Shown piece by piece: positions 39,893 through 50,019 of a DNA stretch of 64,000 nt. Where the stretch lies: positions 9,402 to 73,401 of the forward strand of contig JAHEKJ010000003.1 in the NCBI GenBank assembly GCA_024638385.1, in the 5' to 3' direction. The notes beneath the pieces were generated by a model. The model did no database searches. It was not told where the DNA came from and saw only the letters and a list, made by a program, of their open reading frames with translations. Origin of the DNA: Gammaproteobacteria bacterium (GTDB lineage: Bacteria > Pseudomonadota > Gammaproteobacteria > GCA-001735895). The position numbers and the translations under genes are program-made. How positions within the stretch are numbered: position 1 is the first letter of the stretch; each line of letters begins with the position of its first letter.

Positions 39893-40161
39893 GACAGCTT
39901 GCCCGGATGCTCCATGAAGGGAACGAAACTCGGGGAAAATCCCGGATCAGGGCCGGGGCTGTGGCTGCCAAACAGGGTCGGACGATTGTCCGGACCCATT
40001 TCACCGCGCGCCCCGGTGCGATGGATCATGCCGAAGGCCGACCGATCTTCGACCGAACCCGCCGGGCTGTCGCCCTCGAGCCTGACGTCGATGCGATTGC
40101 CGGCGCCGAGGCGCCGCAATGTGACCAGCGGGGTATTTCCGATATAATCCTTCCAATTCAT
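39889..40161 (-). pseudogene. cysM: Truncated, degenerate cysteine synthase (cysM/cysK) N-terminal remnant
   Basis: 90 codons from ATG 40161. YIGNTPLVTLRRLGAGNRIDVRLEGDSPAGSVEDRSAFGMI aligns with the CysM segment IGNTPLVKLQRMG...LKLEGNNPAGSVKDRAALSMI. The PLP lysine is replaced by Glu and about 210 C-terminal residues are missing. The position next to gacS matches Pseudomonas synteny. Confidence 0.6.
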
Positions 40162-40527
40162 ACAACAAATAAGAAACCGTCTTGCCCGAGATGGTTTTGC
40201 CGGGGTTTTACAGTTTACTGTAACGGCGAATCGCCGATAAGCGATTTCTCGAGTTCGGAGAGCACGCGTGCATGCCACAATCCGACTGCATCGAGCAGCG
40301 CTACATTCGCGCCTCGCGGCGACATTGCAGGCAGCGCGAGGCGACGTCGCGAGCGGAGAATTTCTTTCCGAAGCCCGGCCTCGTCCGACCTTGTCGGAGT
40401 GGTCCCGGTGGCGGCTTGCGAACTGTGACGTTCAGGAGCCGCCGATCGCAGCAGAGCGGATCGCACGCGACCCGCCGCGAATACGGGCCGGCCGGACGCG
40501 GAAGCGCGAAGGATTGCCCGGGGTTCG

Positions 40528-43245
40528 ATGATGCGCGGGCTCGGCATCCGGTTCCAGATCCTGCTGATCACGCTGATCCCGGTGTTCCTGATCGACGTGT
40601 TGTTCACCTATAGCAACATCGACAGCAACATCGAACGGGCCGGCGAACAGTTGCAAAGCAAGGGGCGAATTATCGCGCAGCAAATTGCCGGTACCTCGGA
40701 GTTCCATCTGCGAGGCGGCAACGATGCTCAGATCCGGCGCCTGCTGAAGCAATCCATCGACCACGACGAAATCGTGCGAGCCACGGTCTTCGACCGCGCC
40801 GGGCGGCGCGTCGCCGAAGCCCTGTCCGATAAATATCGCGTCGATGCCACGCCGGGCTACGTCTATCTCCGTCAACCCATCGTATCGCAAGGCATCGAGC
40901 TCGCCGACGCAATAGAAACCGGGGCCCCGACGGCACGGCAAATCGAGACGCTAGGCTGGGTTCATCTCTACCTGTCGCGCGTCCAGCTGGAGCAAACCGT
41001 ACGGCAAATCATCGCCGATTCGATCGGCTTCTTCATCGCGATCCTGGTCATGGCGGTGATCGTCGTGACGGTCATCAGCCGTCGCATCACGCAACCGATC
41101 TACCGACTGATGGCGCATCTGAAAGAGGTCGAGACCGGTCAGCTCGGCAAGCTGATCGAACCGGTCGAAGGTAACGAGATCGGCTCGGTGCAACAGGGTT
41201 TCAACCGCATGACCCAGGCCTTGCTGGCAAATCGCAGGCATCTGAACCAGCGCATTCAGCAGGCCACCCAGCAACTCAACGCCGCGATTACCGATCTCGA
41301 GGCCAAGAACCGCGAGCTCGGACTCGCGCGCGACGAGGCGCAGAAAGCGAACCGGATCAAGTCCGAGTTTCTCGCCAATATGAGTCACGAAATTCGCACG
41401 CCGATCAACGGCATCAAGGGTTTCATCAACCTGCTCAGCCAGTCGGACCTCGATTCGACCCAGCAGCGCTACGTCGAGATTATTCTCAAATCGACCGTCG
41501 ACCTGACCAATATCGTCAACGAGATCCTGGATTTTTCGAAGATGGAATCCGGCAAGCTTCACCTCGTCGACGAGGAGTTCGATCTGTACGAAGTCATCGA
41601 GCAAACGCGCGATATCCTGTTCATCAACGTACTGGCGAAAAGCATCGACCTGAACCTGATCATTTACAGCGATACCCCGCGGCGCGTCGTCGGCGACAAG
41701 CTTCGCCTGAAACAGATCCTGCTCAACCTGGTCGGCAACGCGATCAAGTTCACCGACGAGGGCCGGGTCGTCATTCGCGTTTCCATGGACGCGGAGTCCG
41801 ACGACGATGTCGACCTGGCGATCTCGATCGAGGACACCGGCATCGGAATTTCCGAGGCCGACCAGGTGCGGCTGTTCCAGGCGTTCAGCCAGGTCGAGAG
41901 CTCGGACAATCGCCGCTTCAGCGGCACCGGACTCGGACTCGTCATCAGCAAGAACCTGGCGACCCTGATGGGCGGCGACATCGTCATGCGCTCGCAGCCC
42001 GGCGTCGGTTCAGAGTTCACGCTGCGCCTGCCGTTGCGACGGCGGCGCGAATCCGCCGATTCGGCCGTCGGCGCGCCGCTCAGGGCGCTCGTTTTCGCCG
42101 CCGACGAATTGTGCCTGATGGAGACCCGCACGCTTTACGAGCGCGCCGGGGTCGACGTCGAAAGCAGTCTGATCGATGCGGTGACCGACGCCGCAACGGT
42201 GCGCGAGAACGTTCATCGCTGCCTGCCGCACGTCGATTTGCTGGTCTTCGACCTGCGTCATCTGGCGCTCGATCCGGGCGCGCTCGTGCCGCCCGAAACC
42301 GCGGGCGCGGCGCGCGTCATCCTGATGCACTATGATCCGCGCCATGACTTCGAACTCGAGACCCGCGACCTCGAATTCGTGTCGGTGGTCAATACCAGCC
42401 GCGCGCTGGCCGAGCTGCTGCGCTCCGAGGGCGAGACCCGGGCGACAGCGCCGGCCCCGCGCGAATCCGATCCGGTGGCGGTCAAGCGGGTATTGCTGGT
42501 CGACGACAACCAGATCAACCTGAAACTCGCGAGCGAGCTGATACGTCTGTGGGGGCACGAGGTTACCGAGGCCGAGCATGCCGAGGCGGCGTTGCGTCAT
42601 TACCGCGACGGCGAATTCGATCTCGTCGTCCTCGATATCCAGATGCCCGACGTCGACGGCGTCGAACTGCTGCGGTTGATGCGCGAGGCGAAGCCGCTCG
42701 AGCACACGCCGGCGGTCGCGCTGACGGCGCATATCCTCGACGGCGAGGCCGATCGGCTGCTCGAATCCGGGTTCGATTACTTTCTCGGCAAGCCGATCGA
42801 CGAGTTTCGCTTCCGCGCCCTGCTCGACGGCGCCGCGCCGCCGGTCGCCGCGTCGCCCGCCGAGAGCGGCGCGGGCGCAACCGATTGCGCCTTCGACTAC
42901 GCGCGTTCGCTGGCGCTGGCCGCCGACAATGTCGACCTGTTGAGGCAAATCCTGGAAATTCTCGAACGCGACCTGCCCGATCTTCGGCAGCAACTGCTGC
43001 AGGCCGGTTCGGCGCAGGACGGCAAGCGTCTCGGGGCGCTCGCGCACAAGCTGCACGGCGTTACCTGCTATGCCAGCCTGCCGCGCCTGCGCCGTTCGAT
43101 CCTGTCGCTGCAACAGGCCCTCGCGCAGGACGTCGGATTCGAAGCGCCGGAGCTGGTCGACGCAATCGCCGCCGAACTCGACGCGATCGCCGAGGCGGTT
43201 GCGACGCATTTGCGCCGCCTGCGCGACGCCGCGGCGGACGATTGA
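40528..43245 (+). CDS. gacS: Hybrid sensor histidine kinase, GacS/BarA type (TM-periplasmic-TM-HAMP-HisKA-HATPase-REC-Hpt)
   Basis: 905 aa. H-box FLANMSHEIRTPINGI. G-boxes in ISIEDTGIGI and GTGLGLVISKNL. Receiver VLLVDDNQINL...LVVLDIQMPDVDG. Hpt ALAHKLHGVTCYA. Divergent from the cysM locus. Confidence 0.8.
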   Translation: MMRGLGIRFQILLITLIPVFLIDVLFTYSNIDSNIERAGEQLQSKGRIIAQQIAGTSEFHLRGGNDAQIRRLLKQSIDHDEIVRATVFDRAGRRVAEALSDKYRVDATPGYVYLRQPIVSQGIELADAIETGAPTARQIETLGWVHLYLSRVQLEQTVRQIIADSIGFFIAILVMAVIVVTVISRRITQPIYRLMAHLKEVETGQLGKLIEPVEGNEIGSVQQGFNRMTQALLANRRHLNQRIQQATQQLNAAITDLEAKNRELGLARDEAQKANRIKSEFLANMSHEIRTPINGIKGFINLLSQSDLDSTQQRYVEIILKSTVDLTNIVNEILDFSKMESGKLHLVDEEFDLYEVIEQTRDILFINVLAKSIDLNLIIYSDTPRRVVGDKLRLKQILLNLVGNAIKFTDEGRVVIRVSMDAESDDDVDLAISIEDTGIGISEADQVRLFQAFSQVESSDNRRFSGTGLGLVISKNLATLMGGDIVMRSQPGVGSEFTLRLPLRRRRESADSAVGAPLRALVFAADELCLMETRTLYERAGVDVESSLIDAVTDAATVRENVHRCLPHVDLLVFDLRHLALDPGALVPPETAGAARVILMHYDPRHDFELETRDLEFVSVVNTSRALAELLRSEGETRATAPAPRESDPVAVKRVLLVDDNQINLKLASELIRLWGHEVTEAEHAEAALRHYRDGEFDLVVLDIQMPDVDGVELLRLMREAKPLEHTPAVALTAHILDGEADRLLESGFDYFLGKPIDEFRFRALLDGAAPPVAASPAESGAGATDCAFDYARSLALAADNVDLLRQILEILERDLPDLRQQLLQAGSAQDGKRLGALAHKLHGVTCYASLPRLRRSILSLQQALAQDVGFEAPELVDAIAAELDAIAEAVATHLRRLRDAAADD

Positions 43246-43283
43246 TTCGATCCGCCGCGCGGATCAGGATTCACTTCGACGAA

Positions 43284-43661
43284 TCAGGTTTCGAGTACGA
43301 CCATCGCGACGACGTAGTGCTTTTCGTCGGACAGCGATACCAGCGCGTTGCGAATCCCGCGCTCCGCGACGAGCCGTTCGCCGGCGGCGACGAAACGCAG
43401 CCGCGGGCGCCCGTCGGCGTCATTGTCGATCTGCACCGACTGGAACGAGAGTTCGCGCCCGATGCCGGTGCCGAGGGCCTTGGCCACCGCTTCCTTGGCG
43501 GCAAACCGGGTGGCGAGGTAAATCGCCGGCCGCCGCCGGCGTTCGAACTCGGCGCGCTCGACCTCGGTCAGCAGCCGCCGCGCGAATCGCTCGCCGAATC
43601 GCGCGAACAATTGTTCGAATCGGGCGGTCTCGGCAATGTCTACGCCGATCCCGGTGATCAT
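43284..43661 (-). CDS. acpS: Holo-[acyl-carrier-protein] synthase
   Basis: This is the last 125 codons of ORF 43284..43958, beginning [15 protein letters not shown]. An ATGA overlap joins it to the pdxJ stop. Confidence 0.9.
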   Translation of the reverse strand: MITGIGVDIAETARFEQLFARFGERFARRLLTEVERAEFERRRRPAIYLATRFAAKEAVAKALGTGIGRELSFQSVQIDNDADGRPRLRFVAAGERLVAERGIRNALVSLSDEKHYVVAMVVLET

Positions 43662-44398
43662 GAACCCTGGGCCCGGGCTTCGAGCATCAAGCGCTTGATA
43701 TCCGCGACCGCCCGGGCCAGTCCGATGAATACCGCGTCGGCGACGATCGCGTGACCGATGTTGAGTTCGCTGATCGACGGGTTGGCCGCGATCGGCCGGA
43801 CATTGTGGCGATTCAGGCCGTGACCCGCGTTGACCTGCAGGCCCCGCGCGTGGGCATAGGCCACGGCCTCGTGGATACCGGCGAGCAGTTCCTCGCGGGC
43901 CTCGCCATGGGCGTCCGCGTAGTGGCCGGTATGAATTTCGATACAGGGCGCACCGCATTCGACGACCGCGTCGATTTGCTCGCGACTGGCGTCGATGAAC
44001 GGCGACACGCGGGTTCCGACCTCGGCCAGGCGGGCGCAGGCCGCGCGCATCTGTTCGAGCTGACCGGCCACGTCGAGACCGCCCTCGGTCGTCAGCTCTG
44101 CGCGTTTCTCCGGCACCAGACAGACGTCCTCGGCGCGAAACTCGCAGGCGAAGTCGAGCATCTCTGGCGTGACCGCCATCTCGAGATTGAGCTTGGTGTT
44201 GACGACCTGCTTGAGCAGCAGCGCGTCGCGCTCCTGGATGTGGCGCCGATCCTCGCGCAGATGAAACGTGATCGAATCGGCGCCGGCATACTCGGCGACC
44301 TGGGCGGCGTAGACCGGATCGGGAAAGCGCGTGCCGCGCGCCTGGCGCAGGGTTGCGACGTGATCGATATTGACGCCGAGGGTAATCGGGTTGCTCAT
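43658..44398 (-). CDS. pdxJ: Pyridoxine 5'-phosphate synthase
   Basis: 246 aa. [16 protein letters not shown] and ELHTG-type motifs ([10 protein letters not shown]). Order recO-pdxJ-acpS. Confidence 0.95.
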   Translation of the reverse strand: MSNPITLGVNIDHVATLRQARGTRFPDPVYAAQVAEYAGADSITFHLREDRRHIQERDALLLKQVVNTKLNLEMAVTPEMLDFACEFRAEDVCLVPEKRAELTTEGGLDVAGQLEQMRAACARLAEVGTRVSPFIDASREQIDAVVECGAPCIEIHTGHYADAHGEAREELLAGIHEAVAYAHARGLQVNAGHGLNRHNVRPIAANPSISELNIGHAIVADAVFIGLARAVADIKRLMLEARAQGS

Positions 44399-45093
44399 TT
44401 GCGCCTCGCGATTTGTGCGTAAACCTCGCGCGATTTTAGCGTCTTTCCGTGCAAGTTACAGTCGATGGTGGCGCGCAGCACCGCCTTGGCGAGGCGCCGC
44501 ACCGACGTCTGGTCGTAGCGTTCGTCGAGCCAGTCGAGCACCGTCTGACCGGATACGGCATCTGCCGCGGCCGCTTCGCAGGCGACGAATCCCGCCCCGA
44601 GTTCGTAGCGATAACTGGCGGCGGAATCGATGCGCGCGCCACTGCCCGCGTCGCGGCTGATATCCGGAAAATAGCCCAGCTCGCGCACCAGTCCGAGCTC
44701 GAAACTCCGCAGTTCGCGCGCGCCGATCGGCGCCTGCGCGCGCTCGAGCAACGTGCCGTAGGCATCGAAGATCGCAGCGTTGGCTTCGTGCCACGGCAAC
44801 AGTGCCGAGATCAGCTCGTTGATATACAGCAGCGGCAGGAAATTACTCGCATCGACGGCGAGCGTTTCACCCTCGATCCCGGTCAGTGTCTTGAGGTCGG
44901 TCCGCCCGCTCCAGCCGACGGACAGCGCGACGAAGGGTTCGTAGCGGGCCTGCCGCCGCGCCCGCCGCGCGCCCTTGGCGAGCAGGCTGACGCAACCGTG
45001 CTCGCGGGTCAGCAGGTCGAGAATCAGACTCGTGTCGCGCCATTCGCGACGACGCAGGATGTAGGCGGGCTGATCAGCGACGCGGGTCTGCAT
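44395..45093 (-). CDS. recO: DNA repair protein RecO
   Basis: The ORF runs to 45204. I trimmed it to ATG 45093 ([33 protein letters not shown]). Lies downstream of era. Confidence 0.88.
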   Translation of the reverse strand: MQTRVADQPAYILRRREWRDTSLILDLLTREHGCVSLLAKGARRARRQARYEPFVALSVGWSGRTDLKTLTGIEGETLAVDASNFLPLLYINELISALLPWHEANAAIFDAYGTLLERAQAPIGARELRSFELGLVRELGYFPDISRDAGSGARIDSAASYRYELGAGFVACEAAAADAVSGQTVLDWLDERYDQTSVRRLAKAVLRATIDCNLHGKTLKSREVYAQIARRK

Positions 45094-45976
45094 CGGAATA
45101 TCCGAAAGCCGCCAGCGAACGCTCGTCGTCGGCCCAGTCCTCGCGAAGTTTGACCCACAGCTGCAGGTAGACCTGGCGCCCGAGCAAGCCCTCGAGGTCG
45201 GCACGGGCGAGCGATCCGATGCGCTTGAGTCCCGCGCCCCGCTTGCCGATGACGATGGCTTTCTGCGATTTGCGTTCGACCCATATGGTCGCCGCGATTC
45301 GCGTCAGGTCCGGCTCTTCGACGTAATGATCGACGTTGACCGTGATCGAGTAAGGCAGCTCGTGTTCGAGCGCGCGAAACAGCTTTTCACGCACGATTTC
45401 GGCGGCGATGAAGCGCATCGACTTGTCGGTGAGCTGGTCGTCGGGGTAAAGCGGGGCAGCCTTCGGCAGCCGCTCGACGAGGATCCGCAACAGCGACTCG
45501 AGGTTTTCCTGCCGGAGCGCCGAGATCGGCACGATGTCGCGCCCGGGCGCGTAGCCGGCGATGCGCTGCATCAGCGGCAGGCAGGCTTCGCGCGCAACCC
45601 GGTCGATCTTGTTCAATACCAGCAAGGCATTGTCGCGGGTGCCGATCCGCGTCAGTATCTTCACGTCGTCTTTGTCGAAATCGGTAACGTCGAGCAGAAT
45701 GCAAACGATGTCGGCGTCGTCGAGCACGCTGGTAGCGGCGCGATTCATGTAGCGGTGAATGGCCTTCTTGCGACCGTCGTGAAGGCCCGGCGTATCGATG
45801 AAAACACACTGGTAATCGGCGCCGCTCAGAATCCCGAGAATCTGGTGGCGGGTGGTCTGCGGCCGGTGCGCGGTGATGCTGATCTTCTCGCCGAGGAAAG
45901 CGTTCATCAGCGTCGATTTACCGGTATTGGGCTTGCCGACCAGCGCGACATGACCGCAACGAAAATCCTCGGTCAT
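45074..45976 (-). CDS. era: GTPase Era
   Basis: 300 aa. G1 motif GKPNTGKST, G3 motif DTPG, NKID, C-terminal KH domain. Confidence 0.95.
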   Translation of the reverse strand: MTEDFRCGHVALVGKPNTGKSTLMNAFLGEKISITAHRPQTTRHQILGILSGADYQCVFIDTPGLHDGRKKAIHRYMNRAATSVLDDADIVCILLDVTDFDKDDVKILTRIGTRDNALLVLNKIDRVAREACLPLMQRIAGYAPGRDIVPISALRQENLESLLRILVERLPKAAPLYPDDQLTDKSMRFIAAEIVREKLFRALEHELPYSITVNVDHYVEEPDLTRIAATIWVERKSQKAIVIGKRGAGLKRIGSLARADLEGLLGRQVYLQLWVKLREDWADDERSLAAFGYSDADPRR

Positions 45977-46644
45977 GGCTTCAGCCTGGCCAGCATGTCC
46001 CGCGCCGCCTCCTGTTCCGCCTGCTTGCGACTGGGGCCGCGCCCGACGCTGTGCAGGCCGAGCTCGGCGAGCTTGCAGCTGACGGTAAAGGTCTGCTCGT
46101 GCGCCTGGCCGGTGGTCTTGTCGACGCTGTAATCGGGAAGTTCCATCTTGCGCGACTGCAGGTATTCCTGCAGCCGGGTCTTTGCGTCCTTGAGTTGCAT
46201 CGTCTCATTGAGCGCATCGAGACGATCCTGATACAGCCGCAGCACGACCCGTTCGGCCGCCTCGTCGCCGCCGTCGAGATAGACCGCGGCGATGATCGCC
46301 TCGAGAGCATCGGCAAGTATCGACTCGCGCCGGTGGCCGCCGCTTTTGAGTTCGCCACCGCCGAGAAGCAGGTGCTCGCCGAGACCGATCGAGAGGGCAA
46401 TTTCGGCCAGCGTCTGTTTTTTCACGAGCGCCGCGCGCATGCGGCTGAGCTTGCCTTCGCTCGCCTCGCTGAAGCGCGCGTAGATTTGCCGCGAAATGAC
46501 CAGACCGAGGATGCTGTCGCCGAGAAACTCGAGCCGCTCGTTGTTGGCGCCACGCGAATAGCTGCGGTGCGTCAGCGCCTGGCGCAGTAACTCCTCTTGC
46601 TCGAATCGATACTCGGTTAGGGCGTAGAAACGCTCCGTGTTCAC
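45973..46644 (-). CDS. rnc: Ribonuclease III
   Basis: 223 aa. Signature NERLEFLGDSIL. C-terminal dsRNA-binding domain. Confidence 0.95.
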   Translation of the reverse strand: MNTERFYALTEYRFEQEELLRQALTHRSYSRGANNERLEFLGDSILGLVISRQIYARFSEASEGKLSRMRAALVKKQTLAEIALSIGLGEHLLLGGGELKSGGHRRESILADALEAIIAAVYLDGGDEAAERVVLRLYQDRLDALNETMQLKDAKTRLQEYLQSRKMELPDYSVDKTTGQAHEQTFTVSCKLAELGLHSVGRGPSRKQAEQEAARDMLARLKP

Positions 46645-47024
46645 CGATCGATTACGACGCTCTCGCTGAAGCGCCCGCCGATGAACAGGTTGCCGACGTA
46701 GTTGTCGCGAGTTTCGTAGGTAACCGTGACCGTGGTCTTGTTATCGGCGCGCTCGATGACGACGTTCTCGCGCTTGACCGAGCGAACCTCGTCGACGAAC
46801 AGCCGTTTTCGCAGCGATTCCCAGATCGCGCGCTTCGACTTGGGGTCGACCGAAGTGTCCTGCGCCAGCCCTTGCAACGCATTCTTGACCTTGAAATTCT
46901 CGTAGTACATCGGGAAAACCTTGAAGAAGGTTATGATCAACAGGCTGAAGATCGCGACCACGCCGATCCAGCCGAACGTCGACATTCCGCGTTGCGAGTG
47001 CCTGCCTGGGGTTTGTCTCATCAT
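46641..47024 (-). CDS. DUF4845-like small membrane-anchored protein (conserved lepB-rnc spacer gene)
   Basis: The ORF runs to 47183. I trimmed it to ATG 47024, 10 nt after the lepB stop. One N-terminal TM (FGWIGVVAIFSLLIITFFKVF) is followed by a soluble domain. It occupies the same position as PA0769 in the Pseudomonas order. Confidence 0.65.
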   Translation of the reverse strand: MMRQTPGRHSQRGMSTFGWIGVVAIFSLLIITFFKVFPMYYENFKVKNALQGLAQDTSVDPKSKRAIWESLRKRLFVDEVRSVKRENVVIERADNKTTVTVTYETRDNYVGNLFIGGRFSESVVIDR

Positions 47025-47034
47025 TGCATCTGCC

Positions 47035-47862
47035 TCAATTCGAAATCTTCTCGCCGATCCTCGACCAGTCGAAACCCGTGCCGTTGCTGCGAAAATCCCA
47101 ATGCATCCAGATCCAGTCGGCGCGGCCGACCAGGTTGTGCTCGGGCACAAAACCCCAATGCCGGCTATCGTTGCTGTGATCACGGTTATCGCCCATGACG
47201 AAATAGTGCCCTTCGGGGACGAAGATTTCGCCGTTCAGACTATAGGCCGTCGCCGGATTGGTCATGACGGTGTGGCGATTGTCGCCGATCTGCTCGACAA
47301 AGACTTCACAGCGCGCGCCGACCCGGTCGCAGCCGCCGGCGCCCAGCATGCCGTTGGCGTCGCCCAGACCCTGATATAGACCGTTTTTCTCAATTTTCAG
47401 TGGCTTATCGTTAACCTTCAACCTTCGATTATAGTAACTAATGTGATCTCCCGGCAAACCGATGACGCGTTTGATGTAATCCTGCGATTCGTCGTCGGGA
47501 AAGCGAAAAACCACGACGTCGCCGCGCTCGGGCCGGTCTCCCGAGGTCAGCGGCGTGTGCCAGACCGGCGCGCGCAATCCGTAGGCGAACTTGTTGACGA
47601 GAATGAAATCGCCGACCAGCAGCGACGGCATCATCGAGCCCGAAGGTATGCGAAAGGGTTCGAACAGAAAGGCGCGCAGCAGCAGTACGGCAAGCAACAC
47701 CGGGAAGAAAGCCTTCGAGTACTCGATGACGACCGGTTCGTTCGGCGTCTTGCTGGTCGCAGGCTCCTGGCGCAAACGCGCGAGCAGCGCCCAGTCGGCC
47801 AGCCAGATCAGCCCGCTGACGAGCGTCAGTATCAATAACAAAAGTTCGAAATCAAAATGCAC
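47035..47862 (-). CDS. lepB: Signal peptidase I
   Basis: 275 aa. SGSMMPSL (nucleophile Ser), DYIKRVIGLPGD (general-base Lys) and GDNRDHSNDSRHWG boxes. Confidence 0.95.
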   Translation of the reverse strand: MHFDFELLLLILTLVSGLIWLADWALLARLRQEPATSKTPNEPVVIEYSKAFFPVLLAVLLLRAFLFEPFRIPSGSMMPSLLVGDFILVNKFAYGLRAPVWHTPLTSGDRPERGDVVVFRFPDDESQDYIKRVIGLPGDHISYYNRRLKVNDKPLKIEKNGLYQGLGDANGMLGAGGCDRVGARCEVFVEQIGDNRHTVMTNPATAYSLNGEIFVPEGHYFVMGDNRDHSNDSRHWGFVPEHNLVGRADWIWMHWDFRSNGTGFDWSRIGEKISN

Positions 47863-47886
47863 TATCGATGCGCTCCGGGCCTGTGA

Positions 47887-49677
47887 TCAATTGTCAACCT
47901 TGAGTACCGCGAGAAACGCATCCTGCGGGATTTCCACGCTGCCTACCTGCTTCATGCGCTTTTTACCGGCTTTTTGCTTTTCAAGCAATTTTCGCTTGCG
48001 CGTGACGTCGCCACCGTAACACTTGGCGGTCACGTTCTTGCGCAGGGCCTTGACGTTGGTGCGCGCGATGACGTTGCCGCCGATCGCCGCCTGGATCGCG
48101 ACATCGAACATCTGCCGTGGAATCAATTCCTTCATTTTCGACGCCAGTTCGCGACCGCGGTAGGCGGAATTGCTGCGATGCACGATTAGCGACAGGGCAT
48201 CGACCCGCTCGCCGTTGATCAGCACGTCGAGCTTGACCAGGTCGGACGGCTCGAAACGCAGAAACTCGTAGTCGAAGGACGCATAGCCGCGACTGACCGA
48301 CTTGAGGCGATCGAAGAAATCGAGCACGACCTCGGACAGCGGCAATTCGAATACCAGCGACACCTGGTGACCGAGAAACAGCAAGTCCTTCTGCACCCCG
48401 CGCTTCTCGATACACAACGCGATGACCGCGCCGATGTAATCCTCGGGCAGCAGGATATTGGCCTGAATGATCGGCTCGAGAATCCGTTCGACCTTGTTGA
48501 CCGGCGGCAGGTCCGCCGGATTGTGAATCTCGAGCGTCTCGCCGGCCGTGGTCTCGACCTGGTAGACGACGGTCGGCGCGGTCGTGATCAGGTCGAGATC
48601 ATACTCGCGCTCGAGCCGCTCCTGTACGATCTCCATGTGCAGCAGACCGAGAAAGCCGCAACGAAAGCCGAACCCCAGCGCCTGCGACGTCTCGGGTTCG
48701 AAATGCAGCGAGGCGTCGTTGAGCTTGAGCTTGCGCAAAGCTTCGCGGCAATCCTCGTAGTCCTCCGAATTGACCGGAAACAGGCCGGCGAACACGCGCG
48801 GCTGGACCTGCTTGAAATCGGGTAGTGGCGCATCCGCCGGGTTTTTCGCCAGCGTGATCGTGTCGCCGACCGGCGCCGATTCGATGTCCTTGATTCCGGC
48901 AATCACGTAGCCTACGCCGCCGGCCGCCAGTTCCGAGGTATTATGCCGCTTGGGCGTGAACACGCCGACCTTCTCGACCAGAAACTCGCCGCCACTCGAC
49001 ATCATGCGAATCTTCTGTTTGGGCGCAATCCGGCCCTCGACCACGCGCACCAGCGTAATCACGCCGACATAGGGATCGAACCAGGAATCGATGATCAGCG
49101 CCTGGGTCTTGTTATCGACCGAGCCACGCGGCGCCGGAATTTTGGCGATGATTTGCTCGAGCAGGTCGGTGATGCCCTCGCCGGTCTTGGCGCTGATCTC
49201 GAGCGCGTCGCTGGTATCGAGACCGATAATCTCCTCGATCTCGCGCCGCACCCGCGCCGGATCGGCAGCCGGCAGATCGATCTTGTTCAAGACCGGGATG
49301 ACCTCGAGATCGAGATCGATCGCGGTATAGCAGTTGGCCACGCTTTGCGCCTCGACCCCCTGCGAAGCGTCGACGATCAGCAAGGCGCCCTCGCAGGCAG
49401 CCAGCGAGCGCGACACCTCGTAGGAAAAGTCGACGTGCCCGGGCGTATCGATGAAGTTGAGGGTGTAGTCCCTGCCGTCGCGCGCGCGGTAGACCAGCGA
49501 CACGCTCTGCGCCTTGATCGTGATACCGCGCTCGCGCTCGAGATCCATCGAATCGAGCACCTGGGCCCCCATCTCGCGATCGCTCAGGCCGCCGCACATC
49601 TGGATGAAGCGATCCGCGAGAGTGGATTTTCCGTGGTCGATATGGGCGATGATCGAAAAGTTGCGTATTGAATCCAT
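47887..49677 (-). CDS. lepA: Translation elongation factor 4 (LepA)
   Basis: The ORF runs to 49731. I trimmed it to ATG 49677 ([20 protein letters not shown]). DTPGHVDF and NKIDL motifs. Confidence 0.95.
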   Translation of the reverse strand: MDSIRNFSIIAHIDHGKSTLADRFIQMCGGLSDREMGAQVLDSMDLERERGITIKAQSVSLVYRARDGRDYTLNFIDTPGHVDFSYEVSRSLAACEGALLIVDASQGVEAQSVANCYTAIDLDLEVIPVLNKIDLPAADPARVRREIEEIIGLDTSDALEISAKTGEGITDLLEQIIAKIPAPRGSVDNKTQALIIDSWFDPYVGVITLVRVVEGRIAPKQKIRMMSSGGEFLVEKVGVFTPKRHNTSELAAGGVGYVIAGIKDIESAPVGDTITLAKNPADAPLPDFKQVQPRVFAGLFPVNSEDYEDCREALRKLKLNDASLHFEPETSQALGFGFRCGFLGLLHMEIVQERLEREYDLDLITTAPTVVYQVETTAGETLEIHNPADLPPVNKVERILEPIIQANILLPEDYIGAVIALCIEKRGVQKDLLFLGHQVSLVFELPLSEVVLDFFDRLKSVSRGYASFDYEFLRFEPSDLVKLDVLINGERVDALSLIVHRSNSAYRGRELASKMKELIPRQMFDVAIQAAIGGNVIARTNVKALRKNVTAKCYGGDVTRKRKLLEKQKAGKKRMKQVGSVEIPQDAFLAVLKVDN

Positions 49678-49765
49678 GCGCCTGCGAGGTTCCCCTCGGC
49701 CGGTAGCCTGAAAGCCGTCAGGCACCGCCATGGGCCGGCCGACCGCTGAATAAAACCCGCGAAGT

Positions 49766-50005
49766 TTACGTCAAAGCCAGCGCGGCTAGCAATGCCGATT
49801 CATCGAAAAAGAAATGGCAGATTTCGCGCTCGTCGAGGCAAAGCACCGGAACGCGGGCGTCGTAGCGGCGAATCAGCTCGCGATCACGGTCGATATCGAC
49901 CTCGCGCCAATCGAGCGGCCGATGCCGCCGCGAAAACGCGACCAGCGCCTTGCGCATCGCATCGCACAGGTGGCACTGCTCGCGATAGTAAAGAACCAGC
50001 TGCAA
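49766..50005 (-). CDS. Glutaredoxin-like small thioredoxin-fold protein (DUF836-like)
   Basis: 79 aa. CHLC redox motif near the N-terminus ([15 protein letters not shown]). Confidence 0.7.
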   Translation of the reverse strand: MQLVLYYREQCHLCDAMRKALVAFSRRHRPLDWREVDIDRDRELIRRYDARVPVLCLDEREICHFFFDESALLAALALT

Positions 50006-50019
50006 GCGGCGCGGACCGG

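Noticed and set aside
43249-43265. Hairpin GATCCGC-CGC-GCGGATC between the convergent gacS and acpS genes, as a possible terminator.
   Set aside because: The stem is only 7 bp, the loop is 3 nt and there is no flanking T-run on either strand. This is too weak to list as a feature.
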